Assembly: GCF_963921235.1 (NCBI RefSeq)
Contig: NC_086098.1
Location: 3,038,001-3,102,000 of the forward strand
Origin: Mobula hypostoma
Taxonomy: Eukaryota
Reading direction: 5' to 3'
Length of the DNA stretch: 64,000 bases
Below are positions 1 to 11,539 of this stretch, in pieces (position 1 is the first letter of the stretch; each line of letters starts with the position of its first letter). The notes beneath the pieces were generated by a model. That model was not told the origin of the DNA and did not search any database. It worked only from the letters and a program-made list of their open reading frames with translations. A program made the position numbers and the translations under genes.

Positions 1-35
1 TGAAGTTGAACTTCCATCTCAGCTGGTATATATAA

Positions 36-175
36 ACTTGGTGGTGTGGGTCCTGAGGCTCCTGTACCTTCTTCCTGATGGCAGCAGTGAGAAGAGAGCA
101 TGGCCTGTGTTTTGGGGGTCCCCGGTGGTGGGTGCCACATTCCTGAGAGTGCGCTCCAATTAGACGTGCTCAGTT
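36..175 (-). mobile_element. Rex1/Babar-type LINE 3' fragment
   Basis: Reverse complement encodes the GHALFSLLPSGRRYRSLRTHTT-like C-terminus also seen in the longer copy at 53871-55670. Confidence 0.75.
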
Positions 176-816
176 GTTAATGGAGATGGCAACACAGTTC
201 AGGCGCGGTGGTCCTGCAGTCAGCAGCTCTTCTCAGAGCACAGATGCTGAGGATGACCTTGCCATATCTCACTTGGATAATGACACAATTTAGCAGGTGC
301 CACTTCTTAGAGCACTGATGTCGCCCTGAGGGCTGGTGATGGGATCTTTGACAAAGTAGGTTATTGCTTTTGATAATACCTTAATCTTAGCATTTCACCA
401 GGAGGTATTTTGTTGATTGTAATGTTGTTTAAAAGCCTTATAATCTCCAGTTACAGACATTAGATCATGAACTAACTCACAGCCAGTTTCTACATGGCAT
501 CATGAGTAGATTTTTATTAAGTTCAGTTATATGTTTTTTTCAGTGAATAAAAGAACATAACCTTTATTTTGCAATTACATGTTTCTCTTCCATTGTACTG
601 TAATCCATTACTAATCAAAGGGAGCCTCATGACAGAGACTAGAGGACATAGGAGCGGAATTAGGCCATTTGGCCTATCAAGTCTGCTCCACCACTCGATC
701 CTGGCTGAGATCCCCCGTCATTCATCTAAACTCAAATGAGGACAGGCCCAGAGGCATCAAACACTCCTCAGGTGTTAACCCTTTCATTCCTGGGACTGCC
801 TCTCTCCACTTCCACT

Positions 817-947
817 TCCTGCTGAAGGGTTTCGGCCCAAAACGTCGACTGTACCCTGTTTCAAAGATGCTGCCTGGCCTACTGAGTTCCTCCAGCATTT
901 TGTATGTGTTGCTTGGATTTCCGGTATCTGCAGATTTTCTCTTGTTT
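817..947 (+). mobile_element. Penelope 3' tail mini-copy with degenerate hammerhead motif
   Basis: cctgctgaagggtttcggcccaaaacgtcgactg...gatgctgcctggcct..gagttcctccagcattttg matches the pLTR of the element at 27351-31033. Confidence 0.8.
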
Positions 948-1254
948 TTAGCTTGGTCTGATAGCCACATCAATCAGCATCATCCTTCTGACTGCAAGCC
1001 CTGAGCAAGTGGCTCTACCACACGTAACTCAGGATTTAATGACAGCGTAGAAGACAATGCATTGGTTCCGAACAATCTGATTGCAATTGCTGGAAAGGAT
1101 GGTAGGGGGAATGGCAAGTGTGAATGTAACTGTTCATGACTGATGTTGGAAATAATAGTCGTGTCTCCATGGACTCACTGGGAAAAAGAATGACATCACT
1201 TTATAGACGCAAGTCTGGCAGCCATACAAGTATCAGTTTCAAAGTAATATCATG

Positions 1255-1710
1255 AAATGTTCAAATCAAGTTTATTATCAAAGTCCATATATGTCACCAT
1301 ATACGACCCTGAGATTTGCTTTCTTGTGGGCATTCACAGTAGAACAGACAAATAAAATAGAATCAATAAGCTACACACAGAGAAAGACTGACAAACAACC
1401 AGTGTGCAAGACAAAGCAAACACAAATAATAACTAACTAAATAAATAAATAAATAACACTGAGAACATGAGTTGTAGAGCCCTTGAAAGTGAGTCCATAG
1501 GTTGAGTAATCATTTCAGAGTAGTGGTGAGTGAAGTTATCCACTTTGGTTCAAGAGCCTGATGGTTGTAGGGTCATAACTGTGCCTGAACCTGGTGGCGT
1601 GGTTTCTACCTGACGGCAGCGGTGAGAAGAGAGAATGGTGGGGGTCCTTCTTCCTTGTGGCAGGGCTCCATGTAGATGTGCTCAGTGGTGGGGAGAGCTT
1701 TTCCTGTGAT
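1255..1710 (-). mobile_element. Rex1/Babar-type LINE 3' end and UTR
   Basis: Homologous to 5706-5992, 32615-32850 and 36005-36335; contains (taaa)n and the ctgttcctgaacctggtgg motif. Confidence 0.7.
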
Positions 1711-1749
1711 GTCTAGATGACCACAGATGTTCGTCCTATCGTGGGTTGC

Positions 1750-3900
1750 ACTTTTTGGAAGATCACAGCTCATTGCCTTCGTGATTTACATTGATTCCAC
1801 CAAAATTCTGGGAGAAATGAAAATGTCACCAACTGGTGAACACATCTCAATTGTTCAAACGCAGGCAATGTTTTGCCTTACAGGCTAAGTTCCTTGCACG
1901 CTGTCATTAAATCTTTAGCTATGTGCAGCAGAGGCAGAGAAGATAAACATTATTAATGGGATGTTGGATTTTTACCAACAATGAGAGATATTTTGACAAA
2001 TCACCTGTAAAGATATTGTTGTGTATCATAAAATCATACCCCCATTTCTCTTTAATACCTGTTAGACATTAAATATTTGCATATAAAACATTCTGAATTT
2101 CTTTATGTTAACTAGGAATTTATTTCACGTGTGACTCTGTGTTTTATGTATGTAATTATACCTACACAAACCCACATATGTATGTAAAAATTGTGGCTAT
2201 TAAACATCTTTAAATTCAAAATGAATTATACATTTAATAATATAATTCATTTAATTTACTACCAGCAGGGGAAAAAAAATTTCCATTTCTTTCTGAAAAC
2301 AAAAATATGCATTTGAGCAAGCTATATATTCGTGACTGTTTAAATTATTCAGAACTCCATTGCATGCCTTTGAGTAATTTCCACAAATATTGCCAACAGA
2401 AACTTCGTAACAAATGAGTTTTTCTATGTTTAGACTCCAAAGTAATAGCAGGTATTTTGAATTTCTACAGTCTAATACTGTCATCTATAGAATGAAGCAA
2501 AAAACAAGTGCCAAAGCATTAGCAAGTAAACTACCCTTCAGTGAGCAGAGATATCCCCAGAGCTAGGGAACTGGTTAGTAGCAGCCTCCCCTGAGCTTAC
2601 AGCAAATTACAGAAAGCAGGGCCCGCATAAAATTAAATCATAAATTATCTGTCTGATATCTCAGAGCCTTCTGATCCAGTTCTGAGAAACTGTAAGTGGG
2701 ACTGACGTGAACTGTGCTCACTCGTGACTGTTGACAGTAGTCAGTGAGCGCTCAGTCCACCATGAAGTGCCCTTTGTATCGGGGTAACCTTTGAACCCCT
2801 AAATTAATAAGCCTGGGGGATAAAAATGAAACTATCACAGATGCTGAGTTTTGGAGTAAAAGACATCTTTCCGTACCGAAGCACTAATTTAGGCCAGAAT
2901 GCTGGTCGTGCACTGCTAGCCTGTGTAAGTAATGAACCAGACACGGCAGTCAAGGCCAGCAATATTCAAGAAACAAAAAGAAACAAGTGACCCTACCTCT
3001 CTCAGATTTTTTCACCATGAAAAAAAATCCTTTTTTATTCCATGTGCCACTTGTATTTCTTACACAGCATGGTGATTTATCAAAGATGCAAAGAGCATGC
3101 AGAAACAATCTTTATTACATCCATTTCCTGCTTGTCAGCTGAGATCATGTTGCCTGTTCATTAAAGAACTCATGCAGGTGAGAGGAATACATCTCGATAC
3201 CTTGATAGATTGTTCTCTTCCCCGCTGTGACAGCGGCTGGATGGATTGAGCAGCGGGAAAATGAGGAAAAGCGCTGACTCCAAAGCTCGGCTGTCAGATA
3301 TATTTTACATATGCAACCGTGTCACTCCCCCCCACCCATAAAAACAAACCCTTGGTGTGGCTTTAATACACTCGCTTCCACATCCCCTCCCCCCCTCACC
3401 TGCTACCATATAAAAATAATTAAAGATCAGGGTTGATAAGAATTTTTCAACGTAAGGTGAAATTAGAGCGGAATAATAAATTGCCAGAGACGTGTTTCTA
3501 CTTCTGTTCCCATTGTTTGATTGGAAATATGAGCAGCCACCCAACATGAAAGAAAAGCCTCCAGCAAACTTGTAAATGAATGTGCAGAAAATAATTAAAA
3601 CACTGAAACAAAGTGCAGTATTCTTACATGAGTGTTGGGTGCAGTAATCAGTATTAGAGCTGTCATAGTTAATAATAATCATGCCTGCGTTTTACAATTT
3701 GCCGAATCCCTTCATTGTCTCGTTGCCTCAGCTCGGAATCCTCACTTCAAATTCCCATCAAAATGCAATTTGGAAAACAATATTGCACAGTAATAATGCA
3801 TCCTGATTCTGTCATACCATTAAACAGGGCACAGCAGTGTATAGGTGCACAAAGCTCCCATCAACATTTGTTTTGAATCCTGATAATGGAATAACCGAAT
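1750..3900. promoter_or_regulatory. TE-poor unique non-coding block, candidate conserved enhancer region
   Basis: About 2 kb with no recognisable repeat in a repeat-saturated window; clustered TGATTTAT, TGACAG/CTGTCA, CATAAA and TAAT motifs. Confidence 0.35.
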
Positions 3901-4246
3901 GTGTTTTTACCACTTTGTCACACAGAGCACATTGATACACTGAGTGGCCACTTTATTCAGTACCTCCTGTACCTAATAAAGTGACCACTGAGAGTATGTT
4001 CATGGTCTTCTGCTGCTGCTGCCCATCCGCTTCAAGTCTCGATGTGTTGTGCGTTCAGAGATGCTCTACTGCACACCACTGTCGTAACGTGCGTTTACTT
4101 GAGTTACTGTCACCTTCCTGTCAGCTTGAACCAGTCTGGCCATTCTCCTCTGAACTCTCTCATTAACAAAGCATTTTCGCCCCCAGAACTGCTACTCACT
4201 GGGTGTTTATTTTTGGTTTTTGCACCATTCTCTGAAATCTCTAGAG

Positions 4247-4327
4247 CAGGGGTTCCCAATCTGGGCTCCATGGACCCCTCAGTTAATGGTAAAGGTTCAA
4301 GGAATATAAAAAGATTGGAAACTCCAG
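4247..4327. mobile_element. hAT/Charlie-like MITE (about 80 bp)
   Basis: caggggttcccaa terminus; 8-bp TSD-like ctctagag/acctagag; second copy at 26466-26545. Confidence 0.75.
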
Positions 4328-4442
4328 ACCTAGAGACTGTGTACCTGAATAACAGTAGTTTCTGAGATACTCAAACCACTCATCAGGCACCTGTAATTAT
4401 TATATGGTCAAAGTCACTTCGATCACATTTCTTCCCCATTCT

Positions 4443-5463
4443 GGTACCGCAAGGCTCAGTGCTGGGACCCCAGTTGTTTACAATATATATTAATGACTTG
4501 GATGAGGGAATTAAATGCAGCATCTCCAAGTTTGCGGATGACACGAAGCTGGGTGGCAGTGTTAGCAGTGAGGAGGATGCTAAGAGGATGCAGGGTGACT
4601 TGGATAGGTTGGGTGAGTGGGCAAACTCATGGCAGATGCAATTTAATGTGGATAAATGTGAAGTTATCCACTTTGGTGGCAAAAATAGGAAAACAGATTA
4701 TTATCTGAATGGTGGCCGATTAGGAAAAGGGGAGGTGCAACGAGACCTGGGTGTCATTATACACCAGTCATTGAAAGTGGGCATGCAGGTACAGCAGGCG
4801 GTGAAAAAGGCGAACGGTATGCTGGCATTTATAGCGAGAGGATTCGAGTACAGGAGCAGGGAGGTACTACTGCAGTTGTACAAGGCCTTGGTGAGACCAC
4901 ACCTGGAGTATTGTGTGCAGTTTTGGTCCCCTAATCTGAGGAAAGACATCTTTGCCATAGAGGGAGTACAAAGAAGGTTCACCAGATTGATTCCTGGGAT
5001 GGCAGGTCTTTCATATGAAGAAAGACTGGATGAACTGGGCTTGTACTCGTTGGAATTTAGAAGATTGAGGGGGGATCTGATTGAAACGTATAAGATCCTA
5101 AAGGGATTGGACAGGCTAGATGCGGGAAGATTGTTCCCGATGTTGGGGAGGTCTAGAACGAGGGGTCACAGTTTGAGGATAGAGGGGAAGCCTTTTAGGA
5201 CCGAGGTTAGGAAAAACTTCTTCACACAGAGAGTGGTGAATCTGTGGAATTCTCTGCCACAGCAAACTGTTGAGGCCAGTTCATTAGCTATGTTTAAAAG
5301 GAAGTTAGATATGGCCCTTGTGGCTACAGGGGTCAGGGGGTATGGAGGGAAGGCTGGGTTCTGAGTTGGATGATCAGCCATGATCATAATAAATGGCGGT
5401 GCAGGCTCGAAGGGCCGAATGGCCTACTCCTGCACTTATTTTCTATGTTTCTATGTTTCTATA
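4443..5463 (+). mobile_element. 5'-truncated CR1 LINE; uninterrupted RT C-terminal ORF at 4459-5364
   Basis: VPQGSVLGP, KFADDTK and LVRPHLEYCVQFWSP motifs; (ttctatgt)n 3' tail. Confidence 0.95.
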
Positions 5464-6424
5464 TTGGCATGCTTTCATGCATTGAGTTGCTGCCACATGA
5501 CTGGATACTTAGCTATTTGCATTGACGAGCCGGTGTAGAGGTGTACCACACAAAGTGGATCACTGAGAGTAGATGTTCAATTTGGTGCTCTGCCCTCACT
5601 TCGTTTTTGAATTTTGTTCAATTTTCTCCTTTTTTGCACGAACGAATATTAATGTCCAGCTGGAATTAGGAGATTTTCAAAATGTAGGATGAAACAGTAT
5701 GAATTTCAAAGTTCAAAGTAAATTTATTAGCAAAGTACATATATGTCACCATTTAATACCTGTGATTCATTTTCTTGCAGCATTTACAGGAAAATAATAC
5801 AGTAGAATTATGAAAACATATATATAAACAAAGACGAACAAACAGCTAATGTGCAAAAGAAGACAAAATGTACAAATAATAAAAATAGTTAATACTGAGA
5901 ACATGAGTTGTAGAGTCCTTGAAAGTGTGTCAGTAGGTGTAGAATCAGTTCAGTGCTGAGGTGAGTGAAGATATTCACTCTGGTTCAGGAGCTGTTAACG
6001 GGAATCGCTGTGAGAAAAACTGTAAAATGTTGGGAGTATGCATAGTTCCATAAAAAATCTACCAATAATATGAAGTAAACACAAAAGACATTAGAGTTGT
6101 TTGACAGGTCAAATGAAAGGAGAAGATGGCTATTTTACATGCACACTGTCAGATTTCCTGAATAATTTCCATGAAAAATATCAAGACCAACTTTTCTCCC
6201 TTGGAGCATTGGTCATCTTCTAATTTGAGCATTAATTTGTTTAATGTCAGAGTTCTTTTCGTCTATTTTGAATCCATGTACAGCACAGTTGCACTGAAGA
6301 CCTCCACAAGCACAATGAATGTTTGGAAAATGAAGAGCTCTGTGAGAGGGAAGGATTAGATTGATCTTGAAGTAGGATAAAAGCTCGGCACAACATTATG
6401 GGTCAAAGGGCCTGTACTTCTAGT

Positions 6425-6830
6425 CAATATCAAGTTCAATTTTATTGTCATTCAACCATACACACGTATACAGCTAAAGGAAGCATCATTCCTCTGGGAC
6501 CGAGGCACAAAACACAGTACAAAACACGGTACAGGTAGTTATGATCCAGCACATAGAGTCACAAAATAACATTAGCACATGTCTCAGAGTGGCAACTCCT
6601 GAAGATCGACAAAAAGTGCAAGGTGGATGTTTATATAAGATAGTATACTGTTACTGGCGCTATTATAACAAAACAGTCAGTCGTATAAATATGTGAAACA
6701 GCAGCAATAAAGGATGATGAGTGACCGGTGCAAGATGAGAGTGTGTCTGTGAGTTGGGGAGTTGGGGGTGGGATGGGGAAACAGCACAGCATTCTGAATG
6801 GTGTACATGTGCCGGGTGGCACCAGGGTGA
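6425..6830 (-). repeat. Interspersed repeat, probable LINE 3' UTR
   Basis: Homologous to 44430-44850 and to the split copy at 53785-53870 plus 55675-55810. Confidence 0.6.
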
Positions 6831-7159
6831 TAGGAGTCTAACAGCCATTACTGTTGGAACATACTGTTCTATATTCTATGCTCTAACCCACTTAGATACA
6901 CAATATTATAACTTCAGCCACACCACAAGAGAAGATCAGGACCAGAATCAAAATCAGAATCAGGTTTAATATCATCAGCATATGTCATGAAATTTGTTGA
7001 CTTTACAGCAGCAGTACCATGCAATACTACCAGCTTAACTGCAGGTGGGACAGCGTAAGCAAGTGGACAACAGAGGTTCTGCAACATTAAAGTTCATACT
7101 ACACCAAACCAAATACAGTAAGTGTAAATTACTGTAAATTCAAGGTGTGCAGGAGTGAG

Positions 7160-7845
7160 AAAGACCAGTTGGTTGAATGGTGTCACAACAACAACCTTGC
7201 ACTCAATGTCAATAAGACCAAGGAATTGTGGACTTCAGGAAGGAGAAGTTGAGAGAACACACACCAGTTTTCCTGAAAGGATCAGCAATGGAAAAGATGA
7301 GGGACTGTAAGTTCCCCGACATCAGCATCTCAGAGAATCAGTCTTGGGCCCAACATACTGATGGAATTATGAAAGCACACCATTGGCTATACCTCGTTAG
7401 GAGTTTAATGAAATTTGATATGTCACCAAGGACTGTACCATGGTGAGCATTCTGGTTGTATCACTGTCTGGTATAGAAAGGCAACTGCACAGCATTGGAA
7501 AAAGCAGCAGAAAGTTACACACTCAGCAGCTCTGTCATAGGTACCAGTCTCCCCATCATCAAGGATATCTCCAAAAGAAGGTAGATTCACCTCATCATCT
7601 AGGACATGCCCTCTTCTCGTCAGGGAGGAGGTACAGGAGCCTGAAGACACAAACTCATCATTTTATGAACAGCTTCTTCCCTTCTGCAGAGTCTATGAAC
7701 CCACGAACACTATTTGCTCTCTTTTTGCACTTTAAAATATTGTTATTGTAATTTATAGAAAATCTTTATGTATTACACCATACCACTGCCACAGAACAAC
7801 AGAATTTGATGCCATATGTCAATAATAATAAATCTGATTGTGATT
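7160..7845 (+). mobile_element. Decayed Rex1/Babar LINE 3' part
   Basis: VEWCHNNNLALNVNKTKE, VDFRK, GHALFS and RRYRSLKT motifs; aataaatctgatt tail. Confidence 0.85.
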
Positions 7846-7979
7846 ATCTTCATTTGAGTATTTTAATTGACTGATTTGTTATTGTTAAACTTGCAATTAT
7901 TATCTTTAATTATTTATAGTTGCTCGAATCGTTTTGACGTCTCTGACCATCAGAGATATTTTGGAAGTTCTAGGATCTC

Positions 7980-8260
7980 AATGGCAGTAGTGACTTGTGA
8001 AAGGAGTCCTGATACAGGGTCTTATTCTCCCTGTGACCATATGGATTTGCTCCGGGAGTTCCGGTTTCCTCACATGTTCCGAAGACGTGCAGGTTAGGGT
8101 TATTAAGCTGTGGGTATGCTACGTTGGCACCATAAGCATGGAAACTCTTCAGGAGCTGCCCCCAGTACATTCTCTGATTGTGTTGGCCCTTGACACAAAC
8201 AATGCCTTTCACTGTATGTTTTGATGCCTCGATGTATATGTGACAAATTAAGCTTTGAAT
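7980..8260 (+). mobile_element. Degenerate tRNA-derived SINE
   Basis: Core ctccctgtgacc..tgg.ttt.ctccggg.g.tccggtttcctc shared with other SINE copies. Confidence 0.6.
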
Positions 8261-9002
8261 TAGTAAGGGAAGTAGAAGATAATGAAAATAGCAATGTTGC
8301 CAGGGTTCTGACGCTGTTGTCAATGATTCAATAATCCTTCAAAAGTTGACTGATATGTAGTGTTCTCCATCATAATTAGGACACATCAATGAGAAGATCT
8401 GTGAGAAATATGTATAAAGCCATCGAATACATTAACCCTTTCATTCCTAGGAACCTCCTCTGGACTGACCTCTTCACCCCTCACCACCCACCCCATGGCA
8501 ATTTAAGTTCCTCTCAAATGTCAGAAATGGAACCTTGCATTGGGAATGAAATCATTTGATATTCCACTTGCATTGGAACTGTAGGAGCACCTGATACCAG
8601 GAAATGGTGGTCAAATATCCAGAGTGAGGGAGAATGGTTACTATAGCGATTCTCTCCAGATGAAATGAATTTTCAGCTCCATGCCACTAAATAAAAGTAC
8701 ATTGTAACTGGTTTTTAAGCCATTTGATTTTACAAATTACTTTTGCTGTTAAAACCTCAAACGTTCTCCTTTGTCTCATGAGGTATGAATGAGTTTTAAT
8801 GGCTCACTAAACCACAAAGGCAATTATCTAAATTTGGAAATACTTAAGAATTATGTGAGGTTTAAAAACTATATTTAAAATGTATATTTTTAAAAATTTA
8901 TAGAATTTTGGATTTTATATTAGCCCATGTAAAATATTTAAACTCTGTAAAATAATAGTTTTAAAATGCTGGTTAAATATTCTACTTTTTGCACTCTACA
9001 AG

Positions 9003-9230
9003 AGCATAAGACGTAGGAGCAGAATTAGACCATTTGGCCCATTGAGTCTGCTCTTCTATTCCATCATGGTTGATTTATTATCCCTCTCAACCCCATTCTC
9101 TTGCTTTCTCCCTATAACTTTTGACACCATTACTAATCAGGAACCTGTCAACCCCTGCTTTAAATATACCCAATGATTTAGCCTCTCCAGCTGACCATGG
9201 TAATGAATTCCACAGATTCACATCCTTCTA
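9003..9230 (-). mobile_element. CR1 3' end fragment
   Basis: taggagcagaattag.ccatttggccc is the reverse complement of the CR1 3' terminus. Confidence 0.8.
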
Positions 9231-9789
9231 GCTGATTTGGGGCACATGGCTTTCTTGATGACATCACATCTAACTGACAACAATTCTCTTGAACTGATGA
9301 GTATCAGTAATTAATGTCAGAAAAGAGGAAGATCATACCATAAGCCACAAAATTATTATGGGTAGCTTTTCTCTAAACCATCTGTGAATATATGTAATTC
9401 GCTATGATGGCAAAGCACAGTATCAATGACAACTTCAGCTCTGACACAAGTGATAATAATAATAATATAAAACACAAACTGATAAAAGAAACCATACCTT
9501 ACTACAAATACAAGCTTGATCCAATTCTAGAATCAGAGTCCCACAAATTATATAATGACCGATCTGTTATTACAGACAGGACAATCCATAATAACCATCC
9601 CATTATAATAATATGAGATAAATAAGCAAAAACAATTACATGCAACACCTACAGAAATCAATAAGTGAAAAACACCAGAAATATGCTGAATGAAAAGAGG
9701 AAATTGAAAGACTATGGAACATGAACAGGGTATACATTGTCCCAATAATAATATCTACAACTGGTGGTCATCCCAAAGTCACTCCACAA

Positions 9790-9827
9790 TAGTCCTGACG
9801 AAGGGTCTCGGCCTGAAACGTTGACTG
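9790..9827 (+). ncRNA. Minimal type-I hammerhead ribozyme motif
   Basis: TAGTC-CTGACGA-A-GGGTCTCGGCCT-GAAAC-GTT-GACTG: intact core, helix I TAGTC/GACTG, palindromic ACGT helix III. Confidence 0.75.
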
Positions 9828-9923
9828 TACCTCTTCCTAGAGATGCTGCCTGGCCTGCTGTGTTCACCAGCAACTTTGATGTGTGTTGCTTGAATTTCCA
9901 GCATCTGCAGAATTCCTGTTGTT
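9793..9923 (+). mobile_element. 131-bp Penelope-derived mini-element (hammerhead plus tail)
   Basis: 10-bp TSD tccacaatag at 9783-9792 and 9924-9933; interrupts the Dong fragment. Confidence 0.9.
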
Positions 9924-10138
9924 TCCACAATAGCATTAAACAGTTAGGCCCACATCACAATATTACGTAAATCTTCAGAAAACCACAAAACTGAACCCCA
10001 CTAGAATAGCCTGAAAGTTCCTAGCAACTGAGAAAAGAGCGTGTTTGGCTATGCCCACACCTCAGGTTTTACCAGCTTGAGCTGAGAAAAAATAAAAATA
10101 ATAATACTAACTTATATATGGAGCATCGTTCATACAAA

Positions 10139-11347
10139 TAGAACCATAGATCAATAGAACATAACAGCACAGAAACAGGCCTTTTGGCCCTTCTTGGCTG
10201 TGCCGAACCATTTTTCTGCCTAGTCCCACTGACCTTCACACGGACCATATCCCTCCATACACCTCCCATCCATGTATCGGTCCAATTTATTCTTAAATGT
10301 TAAAAAAGAACCCGCATTTACCACCTCGTCTGGCAGCTCATTCCATACTCCCACCACTCTCTGTGTGAAGAAGCCCCCCCTAATGTTCCCTTTAAACTTT
10401 TCCCCCCTCACCCTTAACCCATGTCCTCTGGTTTTTTTCTCCCCTTGCCTCAGTGGAAAAAGCCTGCTTGCATTCACTCTATCAATACCCATCATAATTT
10501 TATATACCTCTATCAAATCTCCCCTCATTCTTCTACGCTCCAGGGAATAAAGTCCTAACCTATTCAATCTTTCTCTGTAACTGAGTTTCTCAAGTCCCGG
10601 CAACATCCTTGTAAACCTTCTCTGCACTCTTTCAACCTTATTTATATCCTTCCTGTAATTTGGTGACCAGAACTGAACACAATACTCTAGATTCAGCCTC
10701 ACCAATGCCTTATACAGCCTCATCATAACATTCCAACTCTTATACTCAATACTTTGATTAATAAAGGCCAATGTACCAAAAGCTCTCTTTATGACCCTAT
10801 CTACTTGTGACACAACTTTTAGGGAATTTTGTATCTGTATTCCCAGATCCCTCTGTTCTACTGCACTCCTCAGTGCCCTACCATTTACCTTGTATGTTCT
10901 ACCTTGGTTTGTCCTTCCAAAGTGCAATAGCTCACACTTGTCTGTATTAAACTCCATCTGCCATTTTTCCAGCTGGTCCAAATCCCTCTGCAAGCTTTGA
11001 AAACCTTCCTCACTGTCTACTACACCTCCAATCTTTGTATCATCAGCAAATTTGCTGATCCAATTTACCACATTATCATCCAGATCATTGATATAGATGA
11101 CAAATAGCAATGGACCCAGCACTGATCCTTGTGGTACACCACTAGTCACAGGCCTCCACTCAGAGAAGCAATTCTCTACCACCACTCTCTGGCTTCTTCC
11201 ATCGAGCCAATGTCTAATCCAATTTACCACCTCTCCATGTATACCTAGTGACTGAATTTTCCTAACTAACCTCCCATGCGGGACCTTGTTAAAGGCCTTA
11301 CTGAAGTCCATGTAGACAACATCTACTGCCTTCCCTTCATCCACTTT
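10139..11347 (-). mobile_element. 5'-truncated CR1 LINE (RT ORF 10220-11380)
   Basis: VDVVYMDFSKAF, GVPQGSVLGP and KFADDTK motifs; ttctatggttct tail. Confidence 0.95.
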
Positions 11348-11539
11348 CAAATTGCTAGTAGATGTAAAGATGTAGTTCAAAATGCTTTACAATGGGATAA
11401 AGAGCAAACAGAAAAATATAGGCATCATTGCTCATGAATAAATAACAATAACACAGTAAGTTATTAAGATGCTGTATTATGAAATATTGTCAAGACAGTA
11501 AAGAATCTTGAATCTTGGAAGGAGGCAATAAGATCATAA

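Larger units (their letters stand above)
3939..5570 (-). mobile_element. Non-autonomous Tc1/mariner derivative, interrupted by a hAT MITE and a CR1
   Basis: TIR-like ta-cactgagtggccactttatt; internal sequence shared with copies at 18895, 26198, 35223, 42830, 48480 and 52617. Confidence 0.75.
9465..10095 (+). mobile_element. R4/Dong (Rex6-like) retrotransposon 3' fragment, restriction-like endonuclease region
   Basis: YKYKLDPILESESHKLY.DRSVITDRTIHNNHP, KHQKYAE and EIERLWNMNRVYIVPIIISTTG; flanked by (TAA)n on both sides. Confidence 0.75.

Noticed and set aside
3305..3682. 125-aa ORF in the unique block
   Set aside because: No recognisable domain, composition typical of AT-rich non-coding DNA, and no convincing splice context.
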